NCBI GenBank assembly: GCA_965237905.1
Contig: OZ250172.1
Coordinates: 2,784,001 to 2,848,000, forward strand
Length of the DNA: 64,000 nucleotides
Source: Nitrospinaceae bacterium
GTDB lineage: Bacteria > Nitrospinota > Nitrospinia > Nitrospinales > Nitrospinaceae
Direction of reading: 5' to 3'
Shown: positions 1 to 8,643 of the stretch, one piece after another
Numbering within the stretch: position 1 is the stretch's first letter
Layout: every line of letters starts with the position of its first letter
Translations under genes and position numbers: made by a program
Notes under the pieces: generated by a model
Told to the model about the DNA's origin: nothing
What the model saw: only the letters and a program-made list of their open reading frames with translations
Database searches by the model: none

Positions 1-333
1 GGTTTTGGGTTTTTGCAGATTGCCCACGTCGTGCGCTCCGCGCTTCTGAAACGGGTCGGATCCCTTACCATGATCCATGTGCCCCATATCGTGCTGGCTG
101 TGGTCCATGCCTTTGGCGGGAGGGTCCTGCATGTATTCGGAACTAGGAGCGGCTTCTTTGCCGAACTCGATCATGCCTTCGGGCTTGGCGGGGATTTTTT
201 CAGGGTCATGCGTATGTTTTTCCTTGCCGTGAGAAAATACGGGATCGGGGGTACTCCATATCAGAACGAGGGCGGCCAATAACACCAAACCGGCGATGCC
301 GCCTCCGAGGGAGAGTCTTATTTTCTTGTTCAT
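1..333 (-). CDS. Partial exported protein with His/Met-rich N-terminal region (runs off the window edge)
   Basis: Translated by hand, not in the ORF track. ATG at 333 with GAGG upstream gives MNKKIRLSLGGGIAGLVLLAALVLIWSTPDPVFSHGKEKHTHD...GMDHSQHDMGHMDHGKG..., open to base 1. Confidence 0.8.
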   Translation of the reverse strand, partial: MNKKIRLSLGGGIAGLVLLAALVLIWSTPDPVFSHGKEKHTHDPEKIPAKPEGMIEFGKEAAPSSEYMQDPPAKGMDHSQHDMGHMDHGKGSDPFQKRGAHDVGNLQKPKT

Positions 334-382
334 TAAATACCTCGTTAGGGAGAGGGGTTTCCTGCTAGAACCCGTGAGGTTT

Positions 383-886
383 TTATCGGGCTTTGCGGAC
401 CATTTTGACTCCCTGGTCCAGGTCACCCAAATCTTTTAGGTTCCAGTAATCTTCACGTTGACCCAAACCAAAGTACCAGGCGTTGTCGAGGTTGAGCTCG
501 GTGCCGGTCCAAAGGTAATAACTGCCGCCCGAGGCAAACACCTCTGGAAGACCGATGGGATCGCCGTCCTTACTTTCAACCGGACGTTTGGAATCCCATA
601 ACTGTTGTAACTCGTCCAGAGTTGGCAAACGCCAGTCATTATATCCGGCAAATTTCCCGGCATTTTTACCGTTCACATATTCCAGGGCTTCGTACCAGTT
701 CATCCCCTTTTTTCCGTCATGATAGGAATCTGTTTTCTGCCACATCAGGCCGGTGAGAGAATCCAAAACGGTTCCCTTGGGGTCAGCTGTGAACCGCGCC
801 GATTCAGCCCAGGAGGGGGCCACAAGAATCCCTATCAATAATAAGGGGATTAGCCAAAAGCGCCTGAATTTATCTCGAACTCTCAT
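383..886 (-). CDS. Secreted DUF1566 (Lcl C-terminal-like) domain protein
   Basis: Signal peptide; motifs GTVLDSLTGLMWQK, W.EA..Y, GYNDWRLPTLDEL, YYLWT. Confidence 0.85.
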   Translation of the reverse strand: MRVRDKFRRFWLIPLLLIGILVAPSWAESARFTADPKGTVLDSLTGLMWQKTDSYHDGKKGMNWYEALEYVNGKNAGKFAGYNDWRLPTLDELQQLWDSKRPVESKDGDPIGLPEVFASGGSYYLWTGTELNLDNAWYFGLGQREDYWNLKDLGDLDQGVKMVRKAR

Positions 887-982
887 AAGAAATAGATTAT
901 GGTTTGAACACTCATCTTATTATACTAATCGGCAGGCACCAAACCAATTTCTTTTTAACCGGGCATAATTCAAGAAAACCCT

Positions 983-1735
983 ATGAAATTAACGGTTTTA
1001 GGCTCCGGCACCGCTGTTCCCGATCTGCAACGCAATTCTGCAGGCTATCTGCTGGAGGAGAACGACCATCGGTTTTTGATCGATTTCGGGTACGGCAATG
1101 TACATCAACTGCTGCGCTTGGGAATCACTTATCATGATATCGACCGGATATTCTTTACCCACCCCCATCCGGATCACATGTGCGATTTGATCCCCTTTTT
1201 GTTTGCGTCTAAATATCCGCTCAATCCCCGAACTCGGAACCTGCCGATCGTGGCGGGGCCGGGTTTCACTGAATATTTTGAGCGAATGATGGAGGCGTTC
1301 AACCATTGGCTGACCCCGGATTCCTATGAAGTGCAGATCACTGAACTGGATGAAGAAACACACGAATTCAATGGGCTGGAAGTGACCACCGGAAAAGTTC
1401 GGCATATTGAAATGAGCCGGGGATTTCGCTTTGCCAATGCTGAAGGAAAGACGGTGGCCTTTTCTGGAGATACCGATTACTGCGCCGGCATTGTGGAGCT
1501 GGGACGCGGGGCCGACCTGTTAATTCTGGAATGTTCCACCCCCGATGATATGAAGGTCGAGAAGCACCTGACCCCTCAACTGTGTGGAAGAATAGCGAGG
1601 GAGGCCGGGTGCCGCACTCTTTTACTATCCCACTTTTATCCCCCTTGCGAGATGTCCTCAGTGTTGGAGATCTGCCAACGGGAGTTTTCCGGGGAAATCA
1701 TTCTCGCCGATGATTTGACCACTGTTGATTTTTAA
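983..1735 (+). CDS. MBL-fold hydrolase, RNase Z/BN-like
   Basis: MKLTVLGSG start, THPHPDH metal motif, SGDT, KHLT, LSHFY. Confidence 0.85.
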   Translation: MKLTVLGSGTAVPDLQRNSAGYLLEENDHRFLIDFGYGNVHQLLRLGITYHDIDRIFFTHPHPDHMCDLIPFLFASKYPLNPRTRNLPIVAGPGFTEYFERMMEAFNHWLTPDSYEVQITELDEETHEFNGLEVTTGKVRHIEMSRGFRFANAEGKTVAFSGDTDYCAGIVELGRGADLLILECSTPDDMKVEKHLTPQLCGRIAREAGCRTLLLSHFYPPCEMSSVLEICQREFSGEIILADDLTTVDF

Positions 1736-1775
1736 CGAGATACCCCTTTTCTACCCCCTTATCAGGCCTCAAAAA

Positions 1776-1800
1776 TGTCATTTACTGACAGAATTTGTCT
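1776..1800. promoter_or_regulatory. Candidate enhancer-binding-protein site (TGTCA-N5-TGACA-N5-TGTCT)
   Basis: Palindromic half-sites about 157 bp upstream of the sigma54 motif at 1943; a matching site lies at 3073-3087. Confidence 0.45.
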
Positions 1801-1942
1801 GTTCGCTCTTGCGTAATTATTTTTCTAAGATTCCGACAAATAAAAAAGACAGTTTTTTCTTATTTGTAAAGGATTCAAAATTCACTTGTTACCACCAGGG
1901 AGATGGGGGTAGAGCGGTTTCTGATTCAAAATCTCCCGGTTT

Positions 1943-1958
1943 TGGAATGGCAATTGCT
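1943..1958 (+). promoter_or_regulatory. Sigma54 (-24/-12) promoter
   Basis: TGGAATGGCAATTGCT has exact GG-N10-GC spacing, 45 bp before the ORF at 2003. Confidence 0.65.
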
Positions 1959-2002
1959 TTAATTTAGATTAACAGAGAATGAAATAGTTAAAAGGCAACC
2001 GA

Positions 2003-2341
2003 GTGAAACAGACTTTAAAACTTAGTTTGCAGGCAGTAGTTTTGACAGGTCTCACTCTACCGACTTCAGCGTCGGCAGGGGTACTCAGCAAGTTGGAAGC
2101 CCAATGCCTGTGCCTCATGGAGCACGCTACTTTGGGGCAAGTCATCAGTTTAGGTGTGATGCTGACTCTGGTTACGGGAATCATGATGTTGAAGTGGATT
2201 TATCGAGACGAACTGGATCAAGCGGTTTTAAAAGAGAAGTCAGAAGCTGATCATTCAGCTATTCAGACTTTAAAGGAATTGAAAATCGGAGCACGGTTCT
2301 CCGATTGGAGTAATTTTCACCGGTTGGCCGGGCAGAAATAA
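2003..2341 (+). CDS. Small exported/membrane protein of unknown function
   Basis: Signal-like N-terminus (…PTSASA), CLC motif, one TM segment; followed by a hairpin. Confidence 0.6.
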   Translation: MKQTLKLSLQAVVLTGLTLPTSASAGVLSKLEAQCLCLMEHATLGQVISLGVMLTLVTGIMMLKWIYRDELDQAVLKEKSEADHSAIQTLKELKIGARFSDWSNFHRLAGQK

Positions 2342-2384
2342 GCGCCCACAAATTTAGCAGCATAAAGTTACCATCTCCCCCGAT

Positions 2385-2448
2385 CCAGCTATTCGGGGAT
2401 GCGGAATTCGAGCGCCGCAAATCCCTGAATAGCTGGCTCACCTTTTTC
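2385..2448 (+). terminator. Long hairpin with T-tract
   Basis: CCAGCTATTCGGGGAT...ATCCCTGAATAGCTGG followed by ctcacctttttc. Confidence 0.6.
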
Positions 2449-2710
2449 TACCAAAATACCTGAAACCTTGTCAGAAAATACGGATCTCTCGCATAGGCTT
2501 CCTAGTGAGCTTTGACCAGGAAACGTACAATAATTTGTTCAGTCTTGTACCAATTCCGTTCCAAATGTGGTGCAAAAGGAAGCAATGGATCGCATGCTGG
2601 AATATTCGAAAGAAATACCCGCTTTTTTGTACAACGACAATCTTTTATTTTTCAATTAGTTGAAATGTAGTTTAGATTTTTATAAGGAATGCCGATGAAA
2701 TAATACACTT

Positions 2711-2726
2711 TGGAATATATATTGCT
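2711..2726 (+). promoter_or_regulatory. Sigma54 (-24/-12) promoter
   Basis: TGGAATATATATTGCT, GG-N10-GC. Confidence 0.6.
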
Positions 2727-2737
2727 TATAAAAGAGT

Positions 2738-2891
2738 GTTGTATCCGAATAGTTTCATTCAGTTTTCAATGTTTTGCCAAGGACATTATGGGGGAACTGA
2801 TTTTCCTTATTGGCAAGTTTTCCTCCAAGTAACTTGCCAGATTGGGTGCCGGAGTATGCGTTCAGCAGGCCGCATACTCCGGTTGCCTTTA
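2738..2891 (+). ncRNA. Candidate sigma54-dependent sRNA or sORF transcript (MGELIFLIGKFSSK at 2788-2832)
   Basis: Lies between a sigma54 motif and a terminator. Hairpin TGGCAAGTT/AACTTGCCA (2811-2839) has TCCTCC in the loop. Second hairpin CCGGAGTATGCG/CGCATACTCCGG (2849-2882) is followed by gccttt. AAGGA lies 5 nt before ATG 2788. Confidence 0.45.
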
Positions 2892-3072
2892 CTAGTAGAT
2901 GTGCCTCGATCAAAGTGGTTTGCCATACTCCCCGATCAATCTTATAGACAACGTTTTTTAAATCCAATCTCCTGAAACATAGGCCAGAGAATTCACACCC
3001 ACACGGGCGGGATTCATTCGCTCATCTTCCGTCTGCGGAAATTCAATTAAGTGACTGGACTTGTTTCTATTC

Positions 3073-3087
3073 TGACAATTTCTGTCA
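3073..3087. promoter_or_regulatory. Candidate enhancer-binding-protein site (TGACA-N5-TGTCA)
   Basis: Palindrome cTGACAatttcTGTCAg, 166 bp upstream of the sigma54 motif at 3239. Confidence 0.45.
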
Positions 3088-3238
3088 GCAATCGCATCGC
3101 ACCTCTCCAAAGTTTTACCCCTGTTCAAATATCCCATAAAATTGACATTCACTCTTCATCGACGGGGCATAAAAAATACAAGAACTTATCTAACACACAC
3201 CTTTACACCAAATGTAGTTATATATTTTTCAATGATTT

Positions 3239-3254
3239 AGGAACGTGACTTGCT
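3239..3254 (+). promoter_or_regulatory. Sigma54 (-24/-12) promoter
   Basis: AGGAACGTGACTTGCT, GG-N10-GC; shares TTGCTTATAAAAG with the 2711 site. Confidence 0.55.
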
Positions 3255-3306
3255 TATAAAAGGATAGAATCGTTATAGCCCGATTTGAGGCTATGGAGGG
3301 TAAGTC

Positions 3307-3549
3307 ATGAATGTTTTGTGGATAGGATTGAGTATATTTACTGTTATTTTAGTCACCTTCTTTATCGTGATGGCAATAACAAAAGGGGCTTCCTTTTTGT
3401 TCAAAAAAGGACATAGTGAGGGTCCATTGCGTTCGGAGTGGGTAGCCGCGCAGGTTTACTCGGGAGATGATTCGCTGCATCATCCTGATCTCAAAAAAAT
3501 GGCCGAGTTGCAGGATGATGAGCTGGTAGGGGGAACAGAGAATATCTAA
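3307..3549 (+). CDS. Small single-pass membrane protein
   Basis: GGAGG RBS, N-terminal TM helix, acidic tail. Confidence 0.7.
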   Translation: MNVLWIGLSIFTVILVTFFIVMAITKGASFLFKKGHSEGPLRSEWVAAQVYSGDDSLHHPDLKKMAELQDDELVGGTENI

Positions 3550-3742
3550 CAACGGAGGCATCGTGAGCTTCCGTTGATATTGGAGGGAGGGAGAGGGCCT
3601 CCCTTCTTATATAATAGATGGTCGGGAATAAGGAGCCCCCGACCCAATGAATGATAGTGGTCACGCCGAATAAACCAAGGCGCTTGGCGCCTTCTTCCTG
3701 ACTGTCTGGAAGGACGTAGCTACCAGCCTCCCTCCAGACGGT
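3550..3742. ncRNA. Highly structured intergenic segment (five hairpins)
   Basis: Stems at 3550-3576, 3582-3606, 3620-3644, 3677-3693 and 3701-3742. Confidence 0.35.
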
Positions 3743-3830
3743 TGGGCCTCTTGTCCATTCCTTCCTAATTACGATCTAAAATATAATAGGGAACGTTTAA
3801 GGAGCAAAAATCCGTTAGTATCCATCCGGA

Positions 3831-3977
3831 TTATTCCTCGTTCTTTTTCCGCTTTTGGTAAGCATCGACGATCACCGTCATCAGTTTGAACACCCCCAGA
3901 GAGATGAACATACCGAAAAGCAATTGCAGTAACGGCGGCAGTTCGTTGGCAAACCAGTTATAAAGTTCTTCCATCAT
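3831..3977 (-). CDS. 48-aa single-pass membrane protein
   Basis: Translated by hand (below the track cutoff): MMEELYNWFANELPPLLQLLFGMFISLGVFKLMTVIVDAYQKRKKNEE. Hydrophobic core with a basic tail, 18 bp after the upstream gene. Confidence 0.7.
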   Translation of the reverse strand: MMEELYNWFANELPPLLQLLFGMFISLGVFKLMTVIVDAYQKRKKNEE

Positions 3978-3995
3978 TGATTGGTGGGGGTTGGC

Positions 3996-4265
3996 TCAGT
4001 CAAAGGACGCCTGAATGGCTTCGACGGCGGCGGATTGCAGATTGTCCCAACTTACTTCAGGTTTTTTAGTGACGGTAATGAAATCTGCCATCAGAAACAC
4101 GCTGGCCACGCCTTCTAGGCCGAACAGCGCTTTCGCAACCGGCGATTCTTCCGCCGCTTCGGCATTGGCATAGGTTTTGTGGCCGGATTCAATGGCCGGT
4201 CGATCGATGGTAAACTTGAGGGCGTGCTCGTTGGGGCTGGTGCTCACTTGAACGTTTACGGCCAT
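3996..4265 (-). CDS. NifU/Nfu N-terminal domain protein
   Basis: SPNEHALKF, SPVAKALFGLEGVASVF, DFITVTK...W motifs. Confidence 0.85.
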   Translation of the reverse strand: MAVNVQVSTSPNEHALKFTIDRPAIESGHKTYANAEAAEESPVAKALFGLEGVASVFLMADFITVTKKPEVSWDNLQSAAVEAIQASFD

Positions 4266-4333
4266 TCGGTTTTCTCCTCACAATTGAATAAACCCGTTCC
4301 TCACGGGTTTAAAACTTTACGATAACTAATAAT

Positions 4334-5515
4334 TTAAGCCGGGCGAAAAATACCAAACGAACTGGTATAACCGTGCAAAAATGTGGTTTGTCCCACCGGT
4401 CCGATTTCGCCATTGCAGAAAAACCCGCCCAGCGGGATGTCTCCTATCTTGGTTCTGAACATGTCGGAGTCGTGGTTGGGTTGCCCGTACAGGTATTCAC
4501 CCCGTCCCAGGCAGGAGAACAGCAGTGCCCCCTTGGCATCCCGCCAACCATCCTTACTCTGGTACCGGGACAACATCACCTTTAAATCTTCGGACGACAT
4601 GACTTTGTCGCGTAGATGGAATTGCACCAACTGTCCTTCTCTCAGCGGTGCGCCAATCGTTAAGGAACCCGTTTCCTGGTCCACGCCCATCAGGTTGCGG
4701 ATGAGGAAATCCCCCTGGCCCGGATCTTCTTTCATCGGGTCCATTTCGATTCCCAGAAAAAGGGAAGTTCGCAACAGTCCGCGGTCGTACTCGCTCAAGG
4801 ATTCGACCATTGCCTCCAGCTTTTCCAATGGGAGTTGACCGTCGACTCCCAACAGTTGGTATTGGTCGCATTGGGTGATGTTCATCGGCTTGCCGATGGG
4901 CCGACAACCTTGGGCGACGATGGTATCCAAGTGAAGATTGCCGGAGAGCGCGACCCCGATCAAGCCTCCATTATAAATCTTATCGTCCAGGTACAACGCG
5001 TTTCCCCCCTGAGCCTGGGCGCCGCTGGCCAGACCGCCTATTTTCGCAGAACGGGAATAGGCGAAATCCATCCCCGCCAGAAACTCTTCCGCCCGGAACG
5101 AAAACGGGTCCGCTAATACGATGAAGTTTGGGTTCTTCGCCGCGTCTACCCCCAGCCATTTCTGCCACACCGAGGGCGCGGTATCCGGGTCGGGCAGATC
5201 CAGGGTGTCCGTCTGAATCGTCTGCAGTTCCACCCCGGGCAGGTGCGCTGCCGTCAAACTGAAGGCGGGTTTCTGCTCGATTTCCTTGCCGCCGCCGATA
5301 ATGCCGCCGCCGGAACACCCCAACAGCAACCCGACCGGCATGCGGTCCCTCAACAACTGCGGGATTGCCCGGTACTGGGTGCGAAAATGCGGCGATACGA
5401 AAATGACGGTCAAGTCGGCATCTCTGCCGGCCAATTGCTGAGTCACACTCGCCACCGCTTCCTCCACACACGCTTCAATCGTGTCCTGGGTGGATATGCA
5501 CGAAGCCCACTTCAT
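4334..5515 (-). CDS. FIST (N+C) domain protein, NosP-like
   Basis: GCSGGGIIG, GGLAS, VAQGCRPIG, LLFSCLGRG, GFFCNGEIGP, LHGYT. Confidence 0.9.
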   Translation of the reverse strand: MKWASCISTQDTIEACVEEAVASVTQQLAGRDADLTVIFVSPHFRTQYRAIPQLLRDRMPVGLLLGCSGGGIIGGGKEIEQKPAFSLTAAHLPGVELQTIQTDTLDLPDPDTAPSVWQKWLGVDAAKNPNFIVLADPFSFRAEEFLAGMDFAYSRSAKIGGLASGAQAQGGNALYLDDKIYNGGLIGVALSGNLHLDTIVAQGCRPIGKPMNITQCDQYQLLGVDGQLPLEKLEAMVESLSEYDRGLLRTSLFLGIEMDPMKEDPGQGDFLIRNLMGVDQETGSLTIGAPLREGQLVQFHLRDKVMSSEDLKVMLSRYQSKDGWRDAKGALLFSCLGRGEYLYGQPNHDSDMFRTKIGDIPLGGFFCNGEIGPVGQTTFLHGYTSSFGIFRPA

Positions 5516-5562
5516 CCATGTCTCCTATGGTTTAAATTTTGAATCCTGTGCATTAGATGCAC

Positions 5563-7014
5563 TCAACCGGTACCGGATTGGCTTAATTCCGCCTCCAGGC
5601 CCAGAAATCCGAGCGCGGCTTCGGCATTCTCTGTGCCGTTCTTCACGCAATCGGGAATCCCGATTCCCTTGTAGGCCGATCCTGCCAAGTAAAGCCCTTT
5701 ATAATCAGCCAGCTCTTTTTCGATCTCCGATACCAGCTGGGGATGGTGTACCCGGTATTGCACATTACCCTTTTTATATTGAAACACCTCGCAAAACAAG
5801 GGTTCTTCTTCAACGCCCATGATATCCCGCAATTCCTCACTCACCTGTTGTTTGATCGTCTGAGCATCCTGCTCGGCCAAGTGTTCATTGACCGCCCCGC
5901 CGACGAAGGCACGGAGCAGAACGCGGTCGTCCGGCGCGCGGCCGGGAAACTTCGACGACACCCAGGTGCAGGCGGTGATCTTCCGGTTTTCGATGTGCGG
6001 CACCACGAACCCGAATCCCCGCAAGGGATGCGCGAAGCGATTGCGGTCGAATCCCAGCACCACCGCTGCAGTGGAGACGTAGGGAATCTGGTTCAGTCGT
6101 GCGGTGATACCCGGTGCCCAGTCTGCCATCAACCGCGCCGTTAGGTTAGCCGGGGTAGACAGGATCACCGTGTCCGCTTCCAACTCTTCGCCCGATTTCA
6201 GCCGGACCTGCCAGCCTTTGCCATTTTTGCCGAGGGCATCCACCTGTGCGTTGTTACGGAACTGAATATCGGGTGACTGCTCGATCAACGTTTCCACGAT
6301 TTCGCTCAACCCGTTTTTCATCGTCAGGAAAAACGAGAACGGTTTGTAGCCTTTTTGAGCTGGGGGAGAAGGCGCGGCGGCACGTTTTCGTTTCTGGGCC
6401 AGCATGCCGAGGACGAGTGAGCGGTATTTCTTCTCCACCTGCGCGAACATGGGAAAAGAGGCGTTGAGGCTCATCGCTTCCGGGTCGCTGGCGTAGATGC
6501 CGGACATTAATGGCTGTGCCATGCGCTCCAGAGCCTCGGTGCCCAGCCGCCGCCGCACGAACGAGGCCAGGCTTTCGTCCGAATTGCCGTGCCGCCTCGG
6601 GAGAAACAGGTCCAATCCCATGCGAATCTTGCCCGGCCAGCTGAACAGCCGCGTGGTGACAAACGGCATGAATTTGGTGGGCACCATCAGGCTCAACCCG
6701 TCTGGAATGGTGACCATTTTGTTGTTGAGGTAGACGAACGTTTTAGGATGGTCGGTCTTCGTGCCCATCAGGTGGCCGTCGATGCCGAGCTTCTTGCACA
6801 ACTCAACCACCGCCGGTTTTTGGGAGATGAAAGAGTCCGGCCCGCGCTCTAGGATAAATCCGTCGCGGCGGATCGTGTGGATTTTACCGCCGAAGCGGTC
6901 CGATCCCTCCAGCACGGTGCAGGACACTTGAGCGTTGTGGCTGATTCCTTGCTGGATGCGGTACGCCGCCGCCAGCCCGGCAATGCCGCCGCCAATGATA
7001 ATAACTTTCTTCAT
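5563..7014 (-). CDS. hemY: HemY-type protoporphyrinogen/coproporphyrinogen oxidase
   Basis: GGGIAGL FAD motif, GGKIHT, ERGPDSF, GFGFVVP, SSKFPGRAP, GIGIPDCV. Confidence 0.92.
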   Translation of the reverse strand: MKKVIIIGGGIAGLAAAYRIQQGISHNAQVSCTVLEGSDRFGGKIHTIRRDGFILERGPDSFISQKPAVVELCKKLGIDGHLMGTKTDHPKTFVYLNNKMVTIPDGLSLMVPTKFMPFVTTRLFSWPGKIRMGLDLFLPRRHGNSDESLASFVRRRLGTEALERMAQPLMSGIYASDPEAMSLNASFPMFAQVEKKYRSLVLGMLAQKRKRAAAPSPPAQKGYKPFSFFLTMKNGLSEIVETLIEQSPDIQFRNNAQVDALGKNGKGWQVRLKSGEELEADTVILSTPANLTARLMADWAPGITARLNQIPYVSTAAVVLGFDRNRFAHPLRGFGFVVPHIENRKITACTWVSSKFPGRAPDDRVLLRAFVGGAVNEHLAEQDAQTIKQQVSEELRDIMGVEEEPLFCEVFQYKKGNVQYRVHHPQLVSEIEKELADYKGLYLAGSAYKGIGIPDCVKNGTENAEAALGFLGLEAELSQSGTG

Positions 7015-7153
7015 CCGCGCATTATGACAGGTTCCCGCACCTGCCGCAAACCTGGAAAACTCACCATAGAGGGCGCAGAAAAACCAGAAAATCAGACCGG
7101 ATCACAGGATAAAATCAGAAAAACCCGGAACAGGGTGAATGGGAGAAGGTTGG

Positions 7154-7222
7154 GCCCCTCTTGTAAAGAGGGGCTGGGGGTGGTTGATAATCTCCCCCTT
7201 GTAAAGGGGGCCGGGGGGATTC
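7154..7222. repeat. Two tandem REP-like palindromes CCCC(C/T)(C/T)TTGTAAAG(A/G)GGG..GGGGG
   Basis: Copies at 7154-7183 and 7192-7222; same family at 34917-34947; degenerate copy at 39297-39321. Confidence 0.75.
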
Positions 7223-7337
7223 TTCCTTCTGCTTTTGTATCTGCTCGATTTATCGAGCAGGGGATTGGGATGGGTTATAATAGATGTATTGATTTTCAGA
7301 TCAAAAACCTGTTAAATATCCCGTTTCCAACCGATAC

Positions 7338-7413
<76 letters not shown>

Positions 7414-7444
7414 GTTTTCAAAAGCTTACAGCAGGAACTGAAAA

Positions 7445-7840
7445 ATGAGCAAGGTTAGCGAGTACATGAGCACCACCCTCTATACCACCACCCCGGATCA
7501 ATACGCCCATAAGGCCATCGATGAGATGTATAAGCACAAAGTGAACGCGCTTCTGGTGAAGGAAGATGAAGACTACGTCGGAATCTTCACCAAGACCGAT
7601 TGGATGATCCTGGCGTTAAAAGGAGAGTGCGACATTAAATCCGTCAAGGTATCCGCCCTGATGACGGACATTAAAAGCCGCATTGATAAAAACCAGACGA
7701 TTGCCCAAGCGAGCGCCCTCATCGAAAAAAGGAAAGTGCGTCATCTTCCTGTGACCGACAACGAAAAAATTGTGGGGATGTTTTCCGTCAAAGACATGGA
7801 ACGCTATTATCTGGGCCTGCACAAGAAAACGGATTTTTAA
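7445..7840 (+). CDS. Stand-alone CBS-pair protein
   Basis: KVSEYM...YVGIFTKTD and KVSALMT...VRHLPVTD..IVGMFSVKD. Confidence 0.9.
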   Translation: MSKVSEYMSTTLYTTTPDQYAHKAIDEMYKHKVNALLVKEDEDYVGIFTKTDWMILALKGECDIKSVKVSALMTDIKSRIDKNQTIAQASALIEKRKVRHLPVTDNEKIVGMFSVKDMERYYLGLHKKTDF

Positions 7841-7901
7841 CAAAACGGTTTTAACGTTCTGTTATGACCCCTCCTGCTTTCTCCCTCCGTTCCTATTCAT
7901 T

Positions 7902-7949
7902 TGATTCGTAATCAATAGGTCGGCAGTTCAATTCCGCTCAGTGGCTCCA
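7902..7949 (+). repeat. Degenerate copy of the tRNA-Thr 3' half (att-like)
   Basis: 42/48 identical to 7366-7413 by manual alignment, starting at the anticodon arm and ending CCA. Confidence 0.9.
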
Positions 7950-7967
7950 TTTAAGTTTTCTGAGGAT

Positions 7968-8588
7968 TTAATCCTTGAAAAATGCTTCCAACAGTTTTTT
8001 GGCGTCGCCCTGAATGGGTTCTCCATCACCCAGGAGCAGATCATCAAAATTACAGGATTGAAGAATTTTTAAAGCCTCTTTGGCTTTATGAATGTCCTTG
8101 TATTTGTCCGGCGGCAGGAGGTTGAGCTTTCCCGGTATTTTTCCGATCAAAGCATCCCCTACAAACAGTTGTTTCTGCTCTTCCAGCAGGAAGGCCGATT
8201 CCCCCGGCGATTTCTGGTCTTTCAGATGAATCACTTTCAAGCCGCAAAATAACAGTTCATCGTCTTTGAACGTATGATCGGGAGTGAACTCCAATAAATC
8301 CTTGTCGTTTTCATGGATATAAATCGGGATATCGAACGTCTCTTTGAACTTGAGGCTGGCTCGGTCGTGGTGAACGTTGGTTAGCAGAATGGCTTTCAAC
8401 GGACTGCCGGCATGGTCGGCTACCCGTTGCTTCAATTCACTCATGCCGTCATTGCTTAAATCGGGCGGATCGATAATGACCGATTCCTTCCGGTTGACCA
8501 GATAATAACCGTTGAAGTTCAACTGCTTTTCATCGGAGAACTCCGACCAACGAAACAGATTTGGATTCAATTCCTGTATAGAGGACAT
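7968..8588 (-). CDS. MBL-fold protein
   Basis: IIDPP, ILLTNVHHDR, SPGE, FVGDA. Confidence 0.8.
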   Translation of the reverse strand: MSSIQELNPNLFRWSEFSDEKQLNFNGYYLVNRKESVIIDPPDLSNDGMSELKQRVADHAGSPLKAILLTNVHHDRASLKFKETFDIPIYIHENDKDLLEFTPDHTFKDDELLFCGLKVIHLKDQKSPGESAFLLEEQKQLFVGDALIGKIPGKLNLLPPDKYKDIHKAKEALKILQSCNFDDLLLGDGEPIQGDAKKLLEAFFKD

Positions 8589-8643
8589 AGCGACTCCGTA
8601 AAAAAATAGTTATCCATAAAAGTTTTATTTCCCTAAGTTAATA

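Noticed and set aside
13..282. 89-aa + strand ORF
   Set aside because: Antisense shadow of the better-supported minus-strand gene starting at 333.
2585..2659. 24-aa sORF MDRMLEYSKEIPAFLYNDNLLFFN with AAGGA upstream
   Set aside because: Overlaps the AT-rich upstream region of a sigma54 promoter and has no independent support; left uncalled.
2736..3248. Several 60-80 aa ORFs on both strands
   Set aside because: No RBS or protein-like features; the region is better explained by promoters and hairpins.
7902..7949. Second tRNA-Thr gene
   Set aside because: No 5' acceptor strand or D-arm, and the T-arm is mutated; it is an att-like remnant.
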